A stretch of DNA of 64,000 nt from Longimicrobiales bacterium (GTDB taxonomy: Bacteria; Gemmatimonadota; Gemmatimonadetes; Longimicrobiales; Gaopeijiaceae): assembly GCA_041690395.1 (NCBI GenBank), contig JAWLHJ010000003.1:448001-512000 (forward strand), given 5' to 3'. The translations under genes and the position numbers were made by a program. The notes beneath the pieces were generated by a model. It had not been told where the DNA came from, ran no database searches, and saw only the letters and a list, made by a program, of their open reading frames with translations. The first letter of the stretch is position 1. Each line of letters opens with the position of its first letter. Of the stretch, positions 30,418 to 41,138 are shown one piece after another.

Positions 30418-30578
30418 AGTGTCCCGAGTCAGAAGTTCGTTGAGCACCGAGAGTGCCGCGGCGCCGCTGCGGCGAGGCGCGACGACGAGGCATAGCACCG
30501 CTACGTCGAGGAGGAGCAACGCTGCCGCAGTGGATGCAGCGGCGCTCGAATGCCGACGAACTTCTGACTCGGGACACT
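30418..30578. mobile_element. 161-bp MITE-like element
   Basis: Perfect 23-bp terminal inverted repeats AGTGTCCCGAGTCAGAAGTTCGT (30418-30440 and 30556-30578); no credible ORF. Confidence 0.8.
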
Positions 30579-30581
30579 GGC

Positions 30582-30908
30582 TCAGTCCTGCACCATGCGT
30601 TCCTGGAGCGGCGGGGCCTGGTGCTCCAGGTGCCGCTTCCGCTGCTCCCGGAGCTGCCGGCCTACCCTGTCGACGACCTGGTCGACGGCCCCCCGGAACT
30701 CGTGCGCCGATCCGTGACCGACCACCGGCGCGGATCCATCGGAATGGACGATTACCTCGACCTTCCGGTCCTGCTTCTCTTCTTCGAACACGACTTCGGC
30801 CGAAGTCGCTCTGGGATCGAACTTGGCGAGCGAAGCAACCTGCTCGCGGGCCCTTTCGAGTACGTCTTCCGGCACGTCGCAACGGCGGGTGGTCATCTGG
30901 ATTCTCAA
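30582..30908 (-). CDS. hpf: Ribosome hibernation factor HPF/RaiA (short form)
   Basis: IQMTTRR...AVDQVVDRVGRQLR; position upstream of hprK. Confidence 0.8.
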   Translation of the reverse strand: MRIQMTTRRCDVPEDVLERAREQVASLAKFDPRATSAEVVFEEEKQDRKVEVIVHSDGSAPVVGHGSAHEFRGAVDQVVDRVGRQLREQRKRHLEHQAPPLQERMVQD

Positions 30909-32104
30909 AGGTGCTCCTCACGATCGAGGGACGTTACCTGCCTCCCAAAGTTAGCAGCTAGCGCGGAGTGGGGAGTACCCCGGGCCACCACCCGGTGGAG
31001 GACCCGTTCGACGCCGTCGGCGGTCGCGTCCCACGAGTAACGCTCAGCGAAGCGCCGCGCCGCGGTTCCCATACGTCGGCGGAGCGCCGGGTCGGTGAGC
31101 AGCCTCGCCAGCGCGGTCGACAGCGCCGCCACGTCCCCGTGGGGGACCAGCACTCCGGTCTCGCCGTCCACGACGGACTCGCGGAGTCCCGGAGCGTCGC
31201 TCGCCACGGTCGGCGTCCCGCAGGCTCCCGCCTCGAGGTTCGAGATGCCCCACCCTTCCTTCACCGACGTGAGCACGTGGAGCCACGACCGGCGCAGCAG
31301 ATGCAGCTTGTGAGCCTCCGGAACGAAGCCCAGGAATTCGACCCGGTCGGCGATGCCGAGCGCCGCCGCCTGCTGTTCCCAGGCTTCCCGTTCCGGGCCC
31401 GACCCGGCGACCAGGAGTCGGGCGCGGATCCCCTCGTGCTCGAGACGCACCAGCGCGCGGAGCACCAGATCGAGGCGCTTGTAGCGGTTCAGTCGACCGA
31501 GGAAGACGAGCGTGGGCTCCTCGAAGCGCTCGGCTTCCGGCCCCGGGGTGTGGTGGTCGAGGTCGATGCCGTTCGGAACGACCTCGATATGGGCCGGGTC
31601 GAGCCCGCGGGTCACCAGGTCGTGGCGAGTGCTCTCCGACACCGAGATCGTGGGCACGTAGCGGTACGCACGCGGAATGGTCCGCTCGAGCAACACGGTC
31701 GCCAGGGCCACCGGTGCGGAGGCGGCCTGGAAGGCCGTGGGTCCGAACAGGTGATGGACGAGAAGGACGGTGGGCGTCTCCGACCACCATGGCGTGAAGA
31801 CGGGAACCTTGTTGAGGTCCTCGACGATGACGTCGAAGCGTTGTCCCCCGAGGTGCTCGCGGAAGTAGCGGGGTCCGGCCAGGGAGAACGTGTTCCGGCT
31901 CCCTGCCCTGTGGACGTCGATGCCGTCCAGGGTCGCCCGGGGAGCCAGTCCCGGCCACCCCGACACCAGAGCCGTGACCGAGTGACCGCGCGACGCGAGC
32001 CGTCCGAAGGTCTCGTGCAGGTGGACCTCCGCGCCGCCGCTCTTCGGGTTCTCACGGTCGAGCCAGTTGACCACCAGAATCCTCAGAGGGCGGCCCGGGG
32101 TCAC
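30905..32104 (-). CDS. Glycosyltransferase family 4
   Basis: NWLDRENPKSGGAE, FLGRLNRYK, EGWGISNLEAGACGTP. Confidence 0.9.
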   Translation of the reverse strand: MTPGRPLRILVVNWLDRENPKSGGAEVHLHETFGRLASRGHSVTALVSGWPGLAPRATLDGIDVHRAGSRNTFSLAGPRYFREHLGGQRFDVIVEDLNKVPVFTPWWSETPTVLLVHHLFGPTAFQAASAPVALATVLLERTIPRAYRYVPTISVSESTRHDLVTRGLDPAHIEVVPNGIDLDHHTPGPEAERFEEPTLVFLGRLNRYKRLDLVLRALVRLEHEGIRARLLVAGSGPEREAWEQQAAALGIADRVEFLGFVPEAHKLHLLRRSWLHVLTSVKEGWGISNLEAGACGTPTVASDAPGLRESVVDGETGVLVPHGDVAALSTALARLLTDPALRRRMGTAARRFAERYSWDATADGVERVLHRVVARGTPHSALAANFGRQVTSLDREEHL

Positions 32105-32559
32105 GCGTTCCGCCCTGCCCCGGTCTGCTTGTAGAGGGCGTCGAGCACGCCGTTCACGAAGCGCGGCGATTCCATGCCCCCGTAGGCCTCGGCGAGGCGG
32201 ATCGCCTCCTGGATGGCCACCTTGGGCGGGATGTCCTCGCCGTACAGGAGCTCCGCGGCCCCGATGCGCAGCACCGCCCGGTCGATCGCCGCCAGCCGCT
32301 CGAGCCGCCAGTTCTGAAGGGCTCCGCTGAGGGCCCGGTCTATCGCGGCTCCGTGGTCGTCCAGGGTCCCGAGCAGCTTGCGTACGTAGGGGACGCGGCT
32401 CGGCGCGATGCGCCGCGTGGCCATGGTCTCGACCAGCGCGTCGCGCAGCAGACCGTCCCGGCCTGCGCTCTCCCACCGGTAGTGGATCTGGAGCGTCCAG
32501 GCGCGCGCCCGGCTCCGGTCGATACGCTCGGCCCGGTCCAACCCCGTGGCGCCCCTCAT
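32101..32559 (-). CDS. nusB: Transcription antitermination factor NusB
   Basis: WRLERLAAIDRAVLRIG..E, VAIQEAIRLA..Y, FVNGVLD. Confidence 0.92.
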   Translation of the reverse strand: MRGATGLDRAERIDRSRARAWTLQIHYRWESAGRDGLLRDALVETMATRRIAPSRVPYVRKLLGTLDDHGAAIDRALSGALQNWRLERLAAIDRAVLRIGAAELLYGEDIPPKVAIQEAIRLAEAYGGMESPRFVNGVLDALYKQTGAGRNA

Positions 32560-33043
32560 CGTCCGGCCACGGTGCGGAAGACGCTCACCATCTCGACGGC
32601 CGTCGTCGCGGCCTCGAAGCCCTTGTTGTCCGCGCCTTCCCGGGCTCGGGCGAGCGCCTGGTCGAGATCGTCCGTGGTGAGGACCCCGAACACGACCGGG
32701 ATCTCCGACCGTGCGGCCACCTGTCCCAGCCCCAACGACGCGTGCTGGCAGACATAGTCGAAATGCGGCGTCTCGCCGCGGATGACGCACCCGAGCGTGA
32801 CGACGGCGTCGAAGCGACCCGTGTCGACCACGCGCGCGGCCGTTTGCGGCAGCTCCCACGCGCCCGGAACCCGGAACACCTCGACCGAGTCGGCCGAGGC
32901 ACCGTGCTCGTCGAGCGCGGCGCGAGCGCCCTCGAGCAGCCGCTCGGTCACGTCGGCGTTGAACCGGGAGACGACGACGGCGACGCGGAGTCCCGAGGCG
33001 TCCAGCTTGCCACGGTACTCGTCGACCGGTGATCCCTTGGAGC

Positions 33044-33047
<4 letters not shown>
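32556..33047 (-). CDS. ribH: 6,7-dimethyl-8-ribityllumazine synthase
   Basis: [27 protein letters not shown]. Confidence 0.95.
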
Positions 33048-34251
<1,204 letters not shown>

Positions 34252-34255
<4 letters not shown>

Positions 34256-34866
34256 GATCTATCGCTTTCCTGTGCGCGGGCGGCCAGCATCTTACCCACG
34301 TATTTTCCGATCAGGTCCCCCTCGACGTTGACGGGGTCCCCGGGCTCGAGCCGCCCCAGGTTCGTATGCTCGTAAGTGAACGGGATCAGACCGATCCCGC
34401 AGAGGGTGGGGTCCGGCATGTCGGCCACGGTCAGGCTCACCCCGTTGATGGTGATGGAGCCGCGCTCGACCGTCTGGCGCGCCACGTCCTCGGGGATTCG
34501 GACGGCGAGCCGCCAGAAGCTCCCGTCCTCTCGAATCGACTCGAGATGTCCGGTGCCATCTACATGCCCTTGCACAAGATGGCCGTCAAGCCTTCCAGTC
34601 ATCTGGAGGGCCCTCTCGAGGTTCACGATCGATCCCGGGCGGTACTGTCCGGCGACGGTCCGGCCGAGGCTCGTACCGATCACGTCGACCTCGAACGTGT
34701 CCGGCCCGAGGGCGGCCACCGTGAAGCAGGCTCCATCGACGGACACGGAGTCGCCGAGTCCCAGGGCCGGCGCGAGGTCTCCGCATTCGATGGTCACCCG
34801 ACGCGTCGTATCACCGTCGACGACGCTCCGGACCACTCCGGTCCGCTCCACGATACCGGTGAACAT
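34252..34866 (-). CDS. ribE: Riboflavin synthase
   Basis: MFTGIV start, VNLERAL...[10 protein letters not shown]. Confidence 0.95.
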
Positions 34867-36011
34867 CAGGCGGCCGTCCGGTCGTAGGTGAGAAGCGTGT
34901 CCCGCCCGAACAACCTCGGCGACTCCACGGGCTCGAACGCGGTCCAGTCGAGGGAGTCCGCGTCGTCACCGAACGCCGGAAGCCCCTCCGCGCCGAGCGT
35001 TACGGGCGCGACGAACAGGTGCAGGCGTTGTACCCGGTCCTCGCGGAGCAGACGGTCCGCTACACGCCGGCCGCCCTCGCAGAAGATCGATCGCACCCCG
35101 ATGTCCCAGAGCACGGCCCAGACGGCCCCGAGGTCGAGGCCGTGCGGGCCCTCGCCCACCGGATGCACGTGGGCGCCGCGCTCCTCGAGCCGCTCGATCT
35201 CCGCCTCGGCGACGGCCTCACGGGTGAAGACGTGCACGGGCGCGTCCGTCCCTGTCTCGGCGAAGAGGGCCGCGTCCGACGGCGTCGACGCGCCGGAGTC
35301 CAGCACGACCCTCCGGAGCGGCCGCTCAGCGGCCGGCGCGAGCCGGACGGTGAGGCGGGGATCGTCGGCGCGCAGCGTCCCTGCCCCGACCAGCACGGCG
35401 TCGAAGCCGGACCGAAGACGATGGACCTCCCGTTCGGCCTCCGCACCGGTGATGCGGGTGCGCCGACCCGGAGCGGCCGCGATGCGCGCGTCCAGGCTCA
35501 TGGCGAGCTTGAGGGCGACGTACGGCGTGCCGTGGAGCTGGGTATGGAAGAACGCCGGGTTGTCCGCCCGGGCCTCGCGCTCCGACCAGACGGGACCCAC
35601 GACCTCCAGACCCGCGGAGCGGAGTCGCTCGCCGCCTCCGCCCGAACTCCGGCCGGGATCGGCCGCGCCGTAGACGACTCGGGTTATGCCCGCCTGAAGC
35701 AGGGCCTCGGAGCACGGGGGCGTCTTGCCGTGATGGTTGCACGGCTCGAGGCTGACGTACGCCGTGGCTCCTTCGGCCTCGCCGAGCGCTGCTTCGAGCG
35801 CCACGATCTCGGCGTGGGGCCCACCGAAGCGGGCGTGGAAGCCTTCCCCGACGACCTGTCCTTCCCGGACCAGCACGCACCCGACCAGGGGGTTCGGATG
35901 CACGCGCCCCCAGCCTCCCGCGGCCAGCTCGCGCGCGCGCTCCAGGTGCCGGAAATCCTCGTCGGTCAGCCCGCCCGTTCGCGAACCGCTGTGCCCCCCG
36001 TGCCCGCCCAT
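34866..36011 (-). CDS. ribD: Riboflavin biosynthesis deaminase/reductase
   Basis: PNPLVGCV, HAE, LEPCNHHGKTPPC, KLAMSLDA, EGG; start approximate. Confidence 0.93.
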   Translation of the reverse strand: MGGHGGHSGSRTGGLTDEDFRHLERARELAAGGWGRVHPNPLVGCVLVREGQVVGEGFHARFGGPHAEIVALEAALGEAEGATAYVSLEPCNHHGKTPPCSEALLQAGITRVVYGAADPGRSSGGGGERLRSAGLEVVGPVWSEREARADNPAFFHTQLHGTPYVALKLAMSLDARIAAAPGRRTRITGAEAEREVHRLRSGFDAVLVGAGTLRADDPRLTVRLAPAAERPLRRVVLDSGASTPSDAALFAETGTDAPVHVFTREAVAEAEIERLEERGAHVHPVGEGPHGLDLGAVWAVLWDIGVRSIFCEGGRRVADRLLREDRVQRLHLFVAPVTLGAEGLPAFGDDADSLDWTAFEPVESPRLFGRDTLLTYDRTAA

Positions 36012-36976
36012 CAAGGCGTGAACCGGAGCGCGACCGAGGCGAACGCCGAACCGCGCTCCGGGTCGAAGCTCGAGGGGCTGCCGCCCGGGAGATCGGCGTA
36101 TCCTTCCGCCCATCCCCCTTCCAGGGAGAGCTGGAGGAGGAGGAAGTTCATGGAGAGCCCTCCGAAGTAGAGGCTCCGACTCGCGTCGAGCGTGCCCGTC
36201 ACGGTGGCCGGCTCCGGGCCGACACCCGCCACGGTCAGAGCGGCGTCGGTGGACGCGTCGTCCCACCCCCACCCCGCCAGCACGCCGAATCCCATCAGGT
36301 CCTTCCCCACGGTGACCCGGACCGACGTGACGGCCGGGTCGACGGTGACCGAAACGGGGTCCCCGAGCTCCATGGACCCGAGCGAGACGTCGCCGCCGAA
36401 GCGCCTCGAGGCCGAAACGGTGACCCCCGGCAGGGTGAACGACTCGCGGAGCACACCGAGCCTGGCGCCCAGGGTCGCCCCGGTCGCGCTCCCCTGAAAG
36501 CCTTCGGACGACGGTGGCATCACGAACGCCACGGAGCCGAAGACGTCGAGGGAGAGCACACCCCCGACGGTCGCCATCGGCGAGAACCCGTCGAAGACGC
36601 CGAGCCCGAGGCCCGCGTGGACCGCCGGCACGAGGAAGGACACGTCGGCCGCCGCGCCCAGGCCTTCGTCGAAGAGATCCGGAAGGCCGACGGACATGCC
36701 GCCCACACGGAGCGACGCGGACAGTCTCGGAGAGCTCCCGAGCTTCGTGCCGAGCGTCGACGAGGAGCCCGCGACCTCGGAGCCCAGACCCGCCAGGAGT
36801 CCGGTCTGTCCCACCAGGGTGCGCGCGGCGACCTCGGCGTTCGCGCACCGGTCCGGATCGCCGCCGCCGAGCGCGCACCGGCCGGCCAACTCGCCGGGCT
36901 CCTGGGCCTGCGTGCCGCCGGCCGCGGCCAGCCCCAGGACACACGCGACCAGAGCGGCCGTCCGTGACGGGATCAC
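36011..36976 (-). CDS. Hypothetical exported protein, possibly an outer-membrane beta-barrel
   Basis: Signal peptide, amphipathic beta strands, terminal FASVALRF; overlaps both neighbours. Confidence 0.65.
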   Translation of the reverse strand: MIPSRTAALVACVLGLAAAGGTQAQEPGELAGRCALGGGDPDRCANAEVAARTLVGQTGLLAGLGSEVAGSSSTLGTKLGSSPRLSASLRVGGMSVGLPDLFDEGLGAAADVSFLVPAVHAGLGLGVFDGFSPMATVGGVLSLDVFGSVAFVMPPSSEGFQGSATGATLGARLGVLRESFTLPGVTVSASRRFGGDVSLGSMELGDPVSVTVDPAVTSVRVTVGKDLMGFGVLAGWGWDDASTDAALTVAGVGPEPATVTGTLDASRSLYFGGLSMNFLLLQLSLEGGWAEGYADLPGGSPSSFDPERGSAFASVALRFTP

Positions 36977-38013
36977 GTGTACCGGACCCCCGATCCTTCG
37001 GTCACCCGTCCGATGACCCTCGCGCCCAGGCCGGCCGCGGCGGCGGCGTCGAGCACCTCGCCGGCGTCGCCCTCGCGGGCCACGGCGATCATGCCGACGC
37101 CCATGTTGAAGACGCGGTCCATCTCGTCACGGGACACCTTCCCCGCCTCCTGGAGCGTCCGGAAGACGGCCGGGACCTCCCAGGAGCTCCGGTCCACGAC
37201 CGCGCCGAGCCCCTCGGGGAGCACGCGCGGCAGGTTGCCGGGAATGCCGCCGCCGGTGATGTGGGCGAGCCCCCGCACCCGGCCGGCCTCGAGCAGCGGC
37301 CAGAGGAGCGGGAGGTAGCTCCTGTGCACGGCGAGTAGCTCGTCGGCCACGGAGCGCCCCGTGCCCGGGAGCTCGTCGTCGACGCCGAGTCCCATGACCT
37401 CGAACACGATCTTCCGGGCGAGCGTGTATCCATTCGTGTGCAGCCCCGAGGCGTCGATGCCCACCAGAGCGTCTCCCTCACGGATGGCCGAGCCGTCGAG
37501 GATGCGGCCGTGCTCCACGACGCCCACGATGAAGCCCGCCAGATCGTATTCGTCCGCCGCGTAGAAGTCGGGCATCTGGGCCGTCTCGCCGCCCAGGAGC
37601 GCACACCGGTTCTCCTTGCACGCCGTCGCCACGCCGTGCACCACGTCGTGCACCACCGTCTCGTCCATCTCACCCGTGGCGAGGTAGTCGAGGAAGAAGA
37701 GCGGCTTCGCACCCTGCACCAGGATGTCGTTGACGCAGTGGTTCACCAGGCACTGACCCACGGTGTCGTGGCGGCCGGCCAGGAAGGCCACCTTGAGCTT
37801 CGTGCCGACGCCGTCCGCGCTCGACACCAGAACCGGCGCCTCCACGTCGTCCGGAACCTGGTAGAGACCGCCGAAGGCCCCGAGCTCGGAGAGCGTGAAT
37901 CGGTCGCGGGTCGAGGCCACCAGGGCCTTCAGCCGATCCTTGGTGCGCTCGGCGGCGTCCAGATCGACACCGGCGTCGCGGTAGCTCAGTCCCTCACGCG
38001 GCCCTTCGGTCAT
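36973..38013 (-). CDS. purM: Phosphoribosylformylglycinamidine cyclo-ligase
   Basis: SYRDAGVD, DGVGTK, GGETAQMP, SGLHTNGY, HITGGG, FNMGVG. Confidence 0.96.
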   Translation of the reverse strand: MTEGPREGLSYRDAGVDLDAAERTKDRLKALVASTRDRFTLSELGAFGGLYQVPDDVEAPVLVSSADGVGTKLKVAFLAGRHDTVGQCLVNHCVNDILVQGAKPLFFLDYLATGEMDETVVHDVVHGVATACKENRCALLGGETAQMPDFYAADEYDLAGFIVGVVEHGRILDGSAIREGDALVGIDASGLHTNGYTLARKIVFEVMGLGVDDELPGTGRSVADELLAVHRSYLPLLWPLLEAGRVRGLAHITGGGIPGNLPRVLPEGLGAVVDRSSWEVPAVFRTLQEAGKVSRDEMDRVFNMGVGMIAVAREGDAGEVLDAAAAAGLGARVIGRVTEGSGVRYT

Positions 38014-38933
38014 CAGACGGCCTCCACCCGGGTCTCGAACGCGGTGATCTCGCGGAACTCGGCGACGCGCCGGCGCACGTCCTCGGCCGACAGGTCCACG
38101 AGCCGGTTCACCGAGAAGCTCTCCACCGCGAACGAGCCCAGCGCGGACCCGTGCACCATGGCGAGTCTGAGATCGTGCGGATCGAGGCTCCCGGCCGCGG
38201 CCAGGTAGCCCATGAATCCGCCCGCGAAGGAGTCTCCCGCGCCGGTCGGGTCGAAGACCTCCTCGAGCGGGTATCCCGGAACGAAGAAGAGCCAGTCATC
38301 GGCGAAGAGGATCGCGCCGTGCTCACCCTTCTTCACGACCACGACCTCGGGGCCGCGGTTCTGCACCCACCGCGCCGCCTTGAGAATGTTCGGCTCGTCG
38401 GCGAGCTGGCGGACCTCCTCGTCGTTGACGATCAGGATCCGCACGCGCCCCAGGAGCGAGAGCAGCGAGTCGCGCGCGCCGTCGATCCAGAAGTTCATGG
38501 TGTCGCAGGCGACCACGTCGGGGCTCGCGACCTGGTCGAGCACGTCGTGCTGAAGCGCCGGATCGATGTTTCCGAGGAAGACGTACTTCGACTCGCGGAA
38601 GGCGTCGGGGATCTCGGGCTGGAAGTCCGCGAACACCCCGAGCTTCGTCTCGAGCGTGTCACGGGAGTTCAGGTCGAAGTGGTACTTCCCGGCCCAGAAG
38701 AAGCTCTCGCCGTCGACCTTCTGGATCCCGGTGAGGTCGGCGCCCCGCTTCTCGAGGAAGCCCAGCTCGTCCATGGGATAGTCGTTCCCCACGACGCCCA
38801 CCATCTGGACCGGCTTGAAAAGCGTGGCGGCCGCGGAGAAGTACACGGCCGAGCCTCCGATGACCCGGTCTGCCTTGCCGAACGGCGTTTCCACGGAATC
38901 GAGCGCTACGCTACCTACACAGAGAATCGACAT
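38013..38933 (-). CDS. PfkB-family kinase (nucleoside/sugar)
   Basis: GSVALD..ETP, GGSA, DPTGAGDSFAGG. Confidence 0.9.
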   Translation of the reverse strand: MSILCVGSVALDSVETPFGKADRVIGGSAVYFSAAATLFKPVQMVGVVGNDYPMDELGFLEKRGADLTGIQKVDGESFFWAGKYHFDLNSRDTLETKLGVFADFQPEIPDAFRESKYVFLGNIDPALQHDVLDQVASPDVVACDTMNFWIDGARDSLLSLLGRVRILIVNDEEVRQLADEPNILKAARWVQNRGPEVVVVKKGEHGAILFADDWLFFVPGYPLEEVFDPTGAGDSFAGGFMGYLAAAGSLDPHDLRLAMVHGSALGSFAVESFSVNRLVDLSAEDVRRRVAEFREITAFETRVEAV

Positions 38934-38993
38934 GTCGAGCTGACAACCTTGTTGGTACTGAAAAAGGGACGACGGATCGCGGCTGATGCAACG

Positions 38994-40688
38994 TCATTCC
39001 GCCACGTCGGCGTCTTCACGGATCATGCGCGTCGGGGCTTCGATGCCCAGAACGGCGAGCCCGTTGCGGAGCACGATCCGCACCGCGCGGGCCAACGCGA
39101 GACGCGCCCCCCGGAGGGCGGCGTCGTCCACCAGCACGGCGAGCTCCGGGTTCCGCGTGGGGTTCCCCGCGTGGTACCACGAGTTGGCCGCGCTGGCGGT
39201 CTGCTCCAGATAGTCGCACAGGACGTGGGGAGCCGTGTTCTCGGCGGCCCGCGCCAGCCAATCCGGGAACTCCCCGAGAAGCTTGAGCAGCTCCCGCTCG
39301 GTATCGGCGACGAGGAGCGCGACGTCGGCACCTTCCACGCCGACCTCGTCCGCGTCCAGCCCGGCCTTCGCGAAGATCGAGCACATGCGGGCGTGCGCGT
39401 ACTGGATCTTGTAGACGGGGTTCTTGTCCGACTGGTCGAGCGCGACGTCGAGGTCGAAGAGGAGGTGCGCGTCGGGCTTCCGCATCTGGAAGAAGTAGCG
39501 CGTCACGTCGACGCCGACCTCCTCGAAGAGCTCGCGGAGCGTCGTGTACGAGCCGGCGCGCTTGGAGAACTTGACCTCCTTGCCCTCCCGTTCGACGCGC
39601 ACCATCTGGTGCAGCACGTAGTCCGGATATCCGGCCGGAAGCCCCAGGGCCTGCAGCCCGGCCCGCACCCGCGAGACCGTTCCGTGGTGGTCCGACCCCT
39701 GGACGTTGACCACCCGCTCGTAGCCGCGTTCCCACTTGTTCATGTGGTAGGCGATGTCCGGCAGGAAGTAGGTCGGCATGCCGTTGCCACGGATCATGAC
39801 CCGGTCCTTCTGGTCGCCGAACTCGGTCGTGCGGAGCCAGGTGGCGCCCTCGTGCTCGTAGACGAGCCCCGTGCCGCGGAGCCGCTCGACCGTCTGGTCC
39901 ACGAGCCCCTCGGAGTAGAGCGAAGACTCGAGGAAGTACTCGTCGAAGTGGACGCGGAAGTCGTGCAGGTCCCGGTCCTGCTCGTCGCGGAGCATGGCCA
40001 CGGCGAAGTGCCGGACGACGTCGAGCGCGTCCTGGGAGTCGTCGTCCCGGTAGCGGTCGCCCGCCTCGTCGATCAGTGCCTGCGCGATGTCGATGACGTA
40101 CGCGCCCTGGTACCCGCCCTCGGGGACCGCCTCGTCCCGACCGAGCAGCTCCCGGTAGCGGGCCCGCACGCTGAGCGCGAGCAGGTCCATCTGATTGCCG
40201 CTGTCGTTGTAGTAGAACTCGCGGTGCACCTGGTGGCCGGTCCATTCCAGGAGCGCGGAGATCCCGTCTCCGAGGGCCGCCTGGCGTCCGTGCCCGAGGT
40301 GGAGCGGGCCGGTCGGGTTGGCCGAGACGAACTCGACCATGACGCGCCGACCGCCGCCGAGGTCACTCCTCCCGTAGTCCTCGTCGGCCTCGAGGATGTC
40401 CTCGATGACCGAGGCCACCGCGCCGGACGAGAGCCGGAAGTTCAGGAAGCCCGGACCCGCGACCTCGACCGCGTCGACACCGGCCGACGCGAGATCGAGC
40501 CGGTCGGCGATCTCGTCGGCGATCTGACGAGGTGCCTTGCGGAGGCGGCCGGCGAGGGTCATGGCCACGTTGCTGGCCAGGTCGCCGTGAGAGGGGTCAC
40601 GCGGCCGCTCGAGCTGGATCTCGTCCACCTCCGCGCCGAGTTCCTCGATCACCGCCCGGAGGGCGTTACGGATCGCGTCCTGGGCCAC
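38994..40688 (-). CDS. argS: Arginine--tRNA ligase
   Basis: VEFVSANPTGPLHLGHGR, FSKRAG, NPVYKIQYAHAR. Confidence 0.96.
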   Translation of the reverse strand: MAQDAIRNALRAVIEELGAEVDEIQLERPRDPSHGDLASNVAMTLAGRLRKAPRQIADEIADRLDLASAGVDAVEVAGPGFLNFRLSSGAVASVIEDILEADEDYGRSDLGGGRRVMVEFVSANPTGPLHLGHGRQAALGDGISALLEWTGHQVHREFYYNDSGNQMDLLALSVRARYRELLGRDEAVPEGGYQGAYVIDIAQALIDEAGDRYRDDDSQDALDVVRHFAVAMLRDEQDRDLHDFRVHFDEYFLESSLYSEGLVDQTVERLRGTGLVYEHEGATWLRTTEFGDQKDRVMIRGNGMPTYFLPDIAYHMNKWERGYERVVNVQGSDHHGTVSRVRAGLQALGLPAGYPDYVLHQMVRVEREGKEVKFSKRAGSYTTLRELFEEVGVDVTRYFFQMRKPDAHLLFDLDVALDQSDKNPVYKIQYAHARMCSIFAKAGLDADEVGVEGADVALLVADTERELLKLLGEFPDWLARAAENTAPHVLCDYLEQTASAANSWYHAGNPTRNPELAVLVDDAALRGARLALARAVRIVLRNGLAVLGIEAPTRMIREDADVAE

Positions 40689-40690
40689 GC

Positions 40691-41002
40691 TCAGCCGTCC
40701 GACTTCGGCGTCGCCGGGGTCGAGGCGGGCTTCTTGTCCCCGCCCTCGCCTCCGGAGCCACCACCACCGGAGCTTCCCCCGTCGCTCGCGGGCGCCTCCT
40801 TAGACGCCTTCTTCTTGTACTCGTCCGAGCGGTAGTCGGTGATGTAGAACCCGTCCCCCTTGAACAGGAAGCCGGCCCCGCCGGAGATCAGGCGCTCCGC
40901 CTCGGCCCCGCAGTCGGGGCACGAAGCGACCGGATCGTCCGACATCCTCTGGAAGACCTCGAAGCGGTGCCCCTTGGGGCAGCGGTACTCGTACGTAGGC
41001 AT
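40691..41002 (-). CDS. FmdB-family zinc-ribbon protein
   Basis: MPTYEYRC..GH.FE...CPDCG...FKGDGFYITDY. Confidence 0.9.
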   Translation of the reverse strand: MPTYEYRCPKGHRFEVFQRMSDDPVASCPDCGAEAERLISGGAGFLFKGDGFYITDYRSDEYKKKASKEAPASDGGSSGGGGSGGEGGDKKPASTPATPKSDG

Positions 41003-41138
41003 CGGATTTCGTTGGTGACAGACGTTCGAGCGGACGGTTCAAGCGACCCTCCCGAGCTCCGGGAAGCGCGCGCCGTCGTCAGTTCAAAGAGCCTTGAAAG
41101 TTAACGATTGTCCCGGCCGTGCGGAAATCAGGACCCGC

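Noticed and set aside
34866..36976. FMN riboswitch ahead of the rib genes
   Set aside because: The genes overlap end to end and leave no leader.
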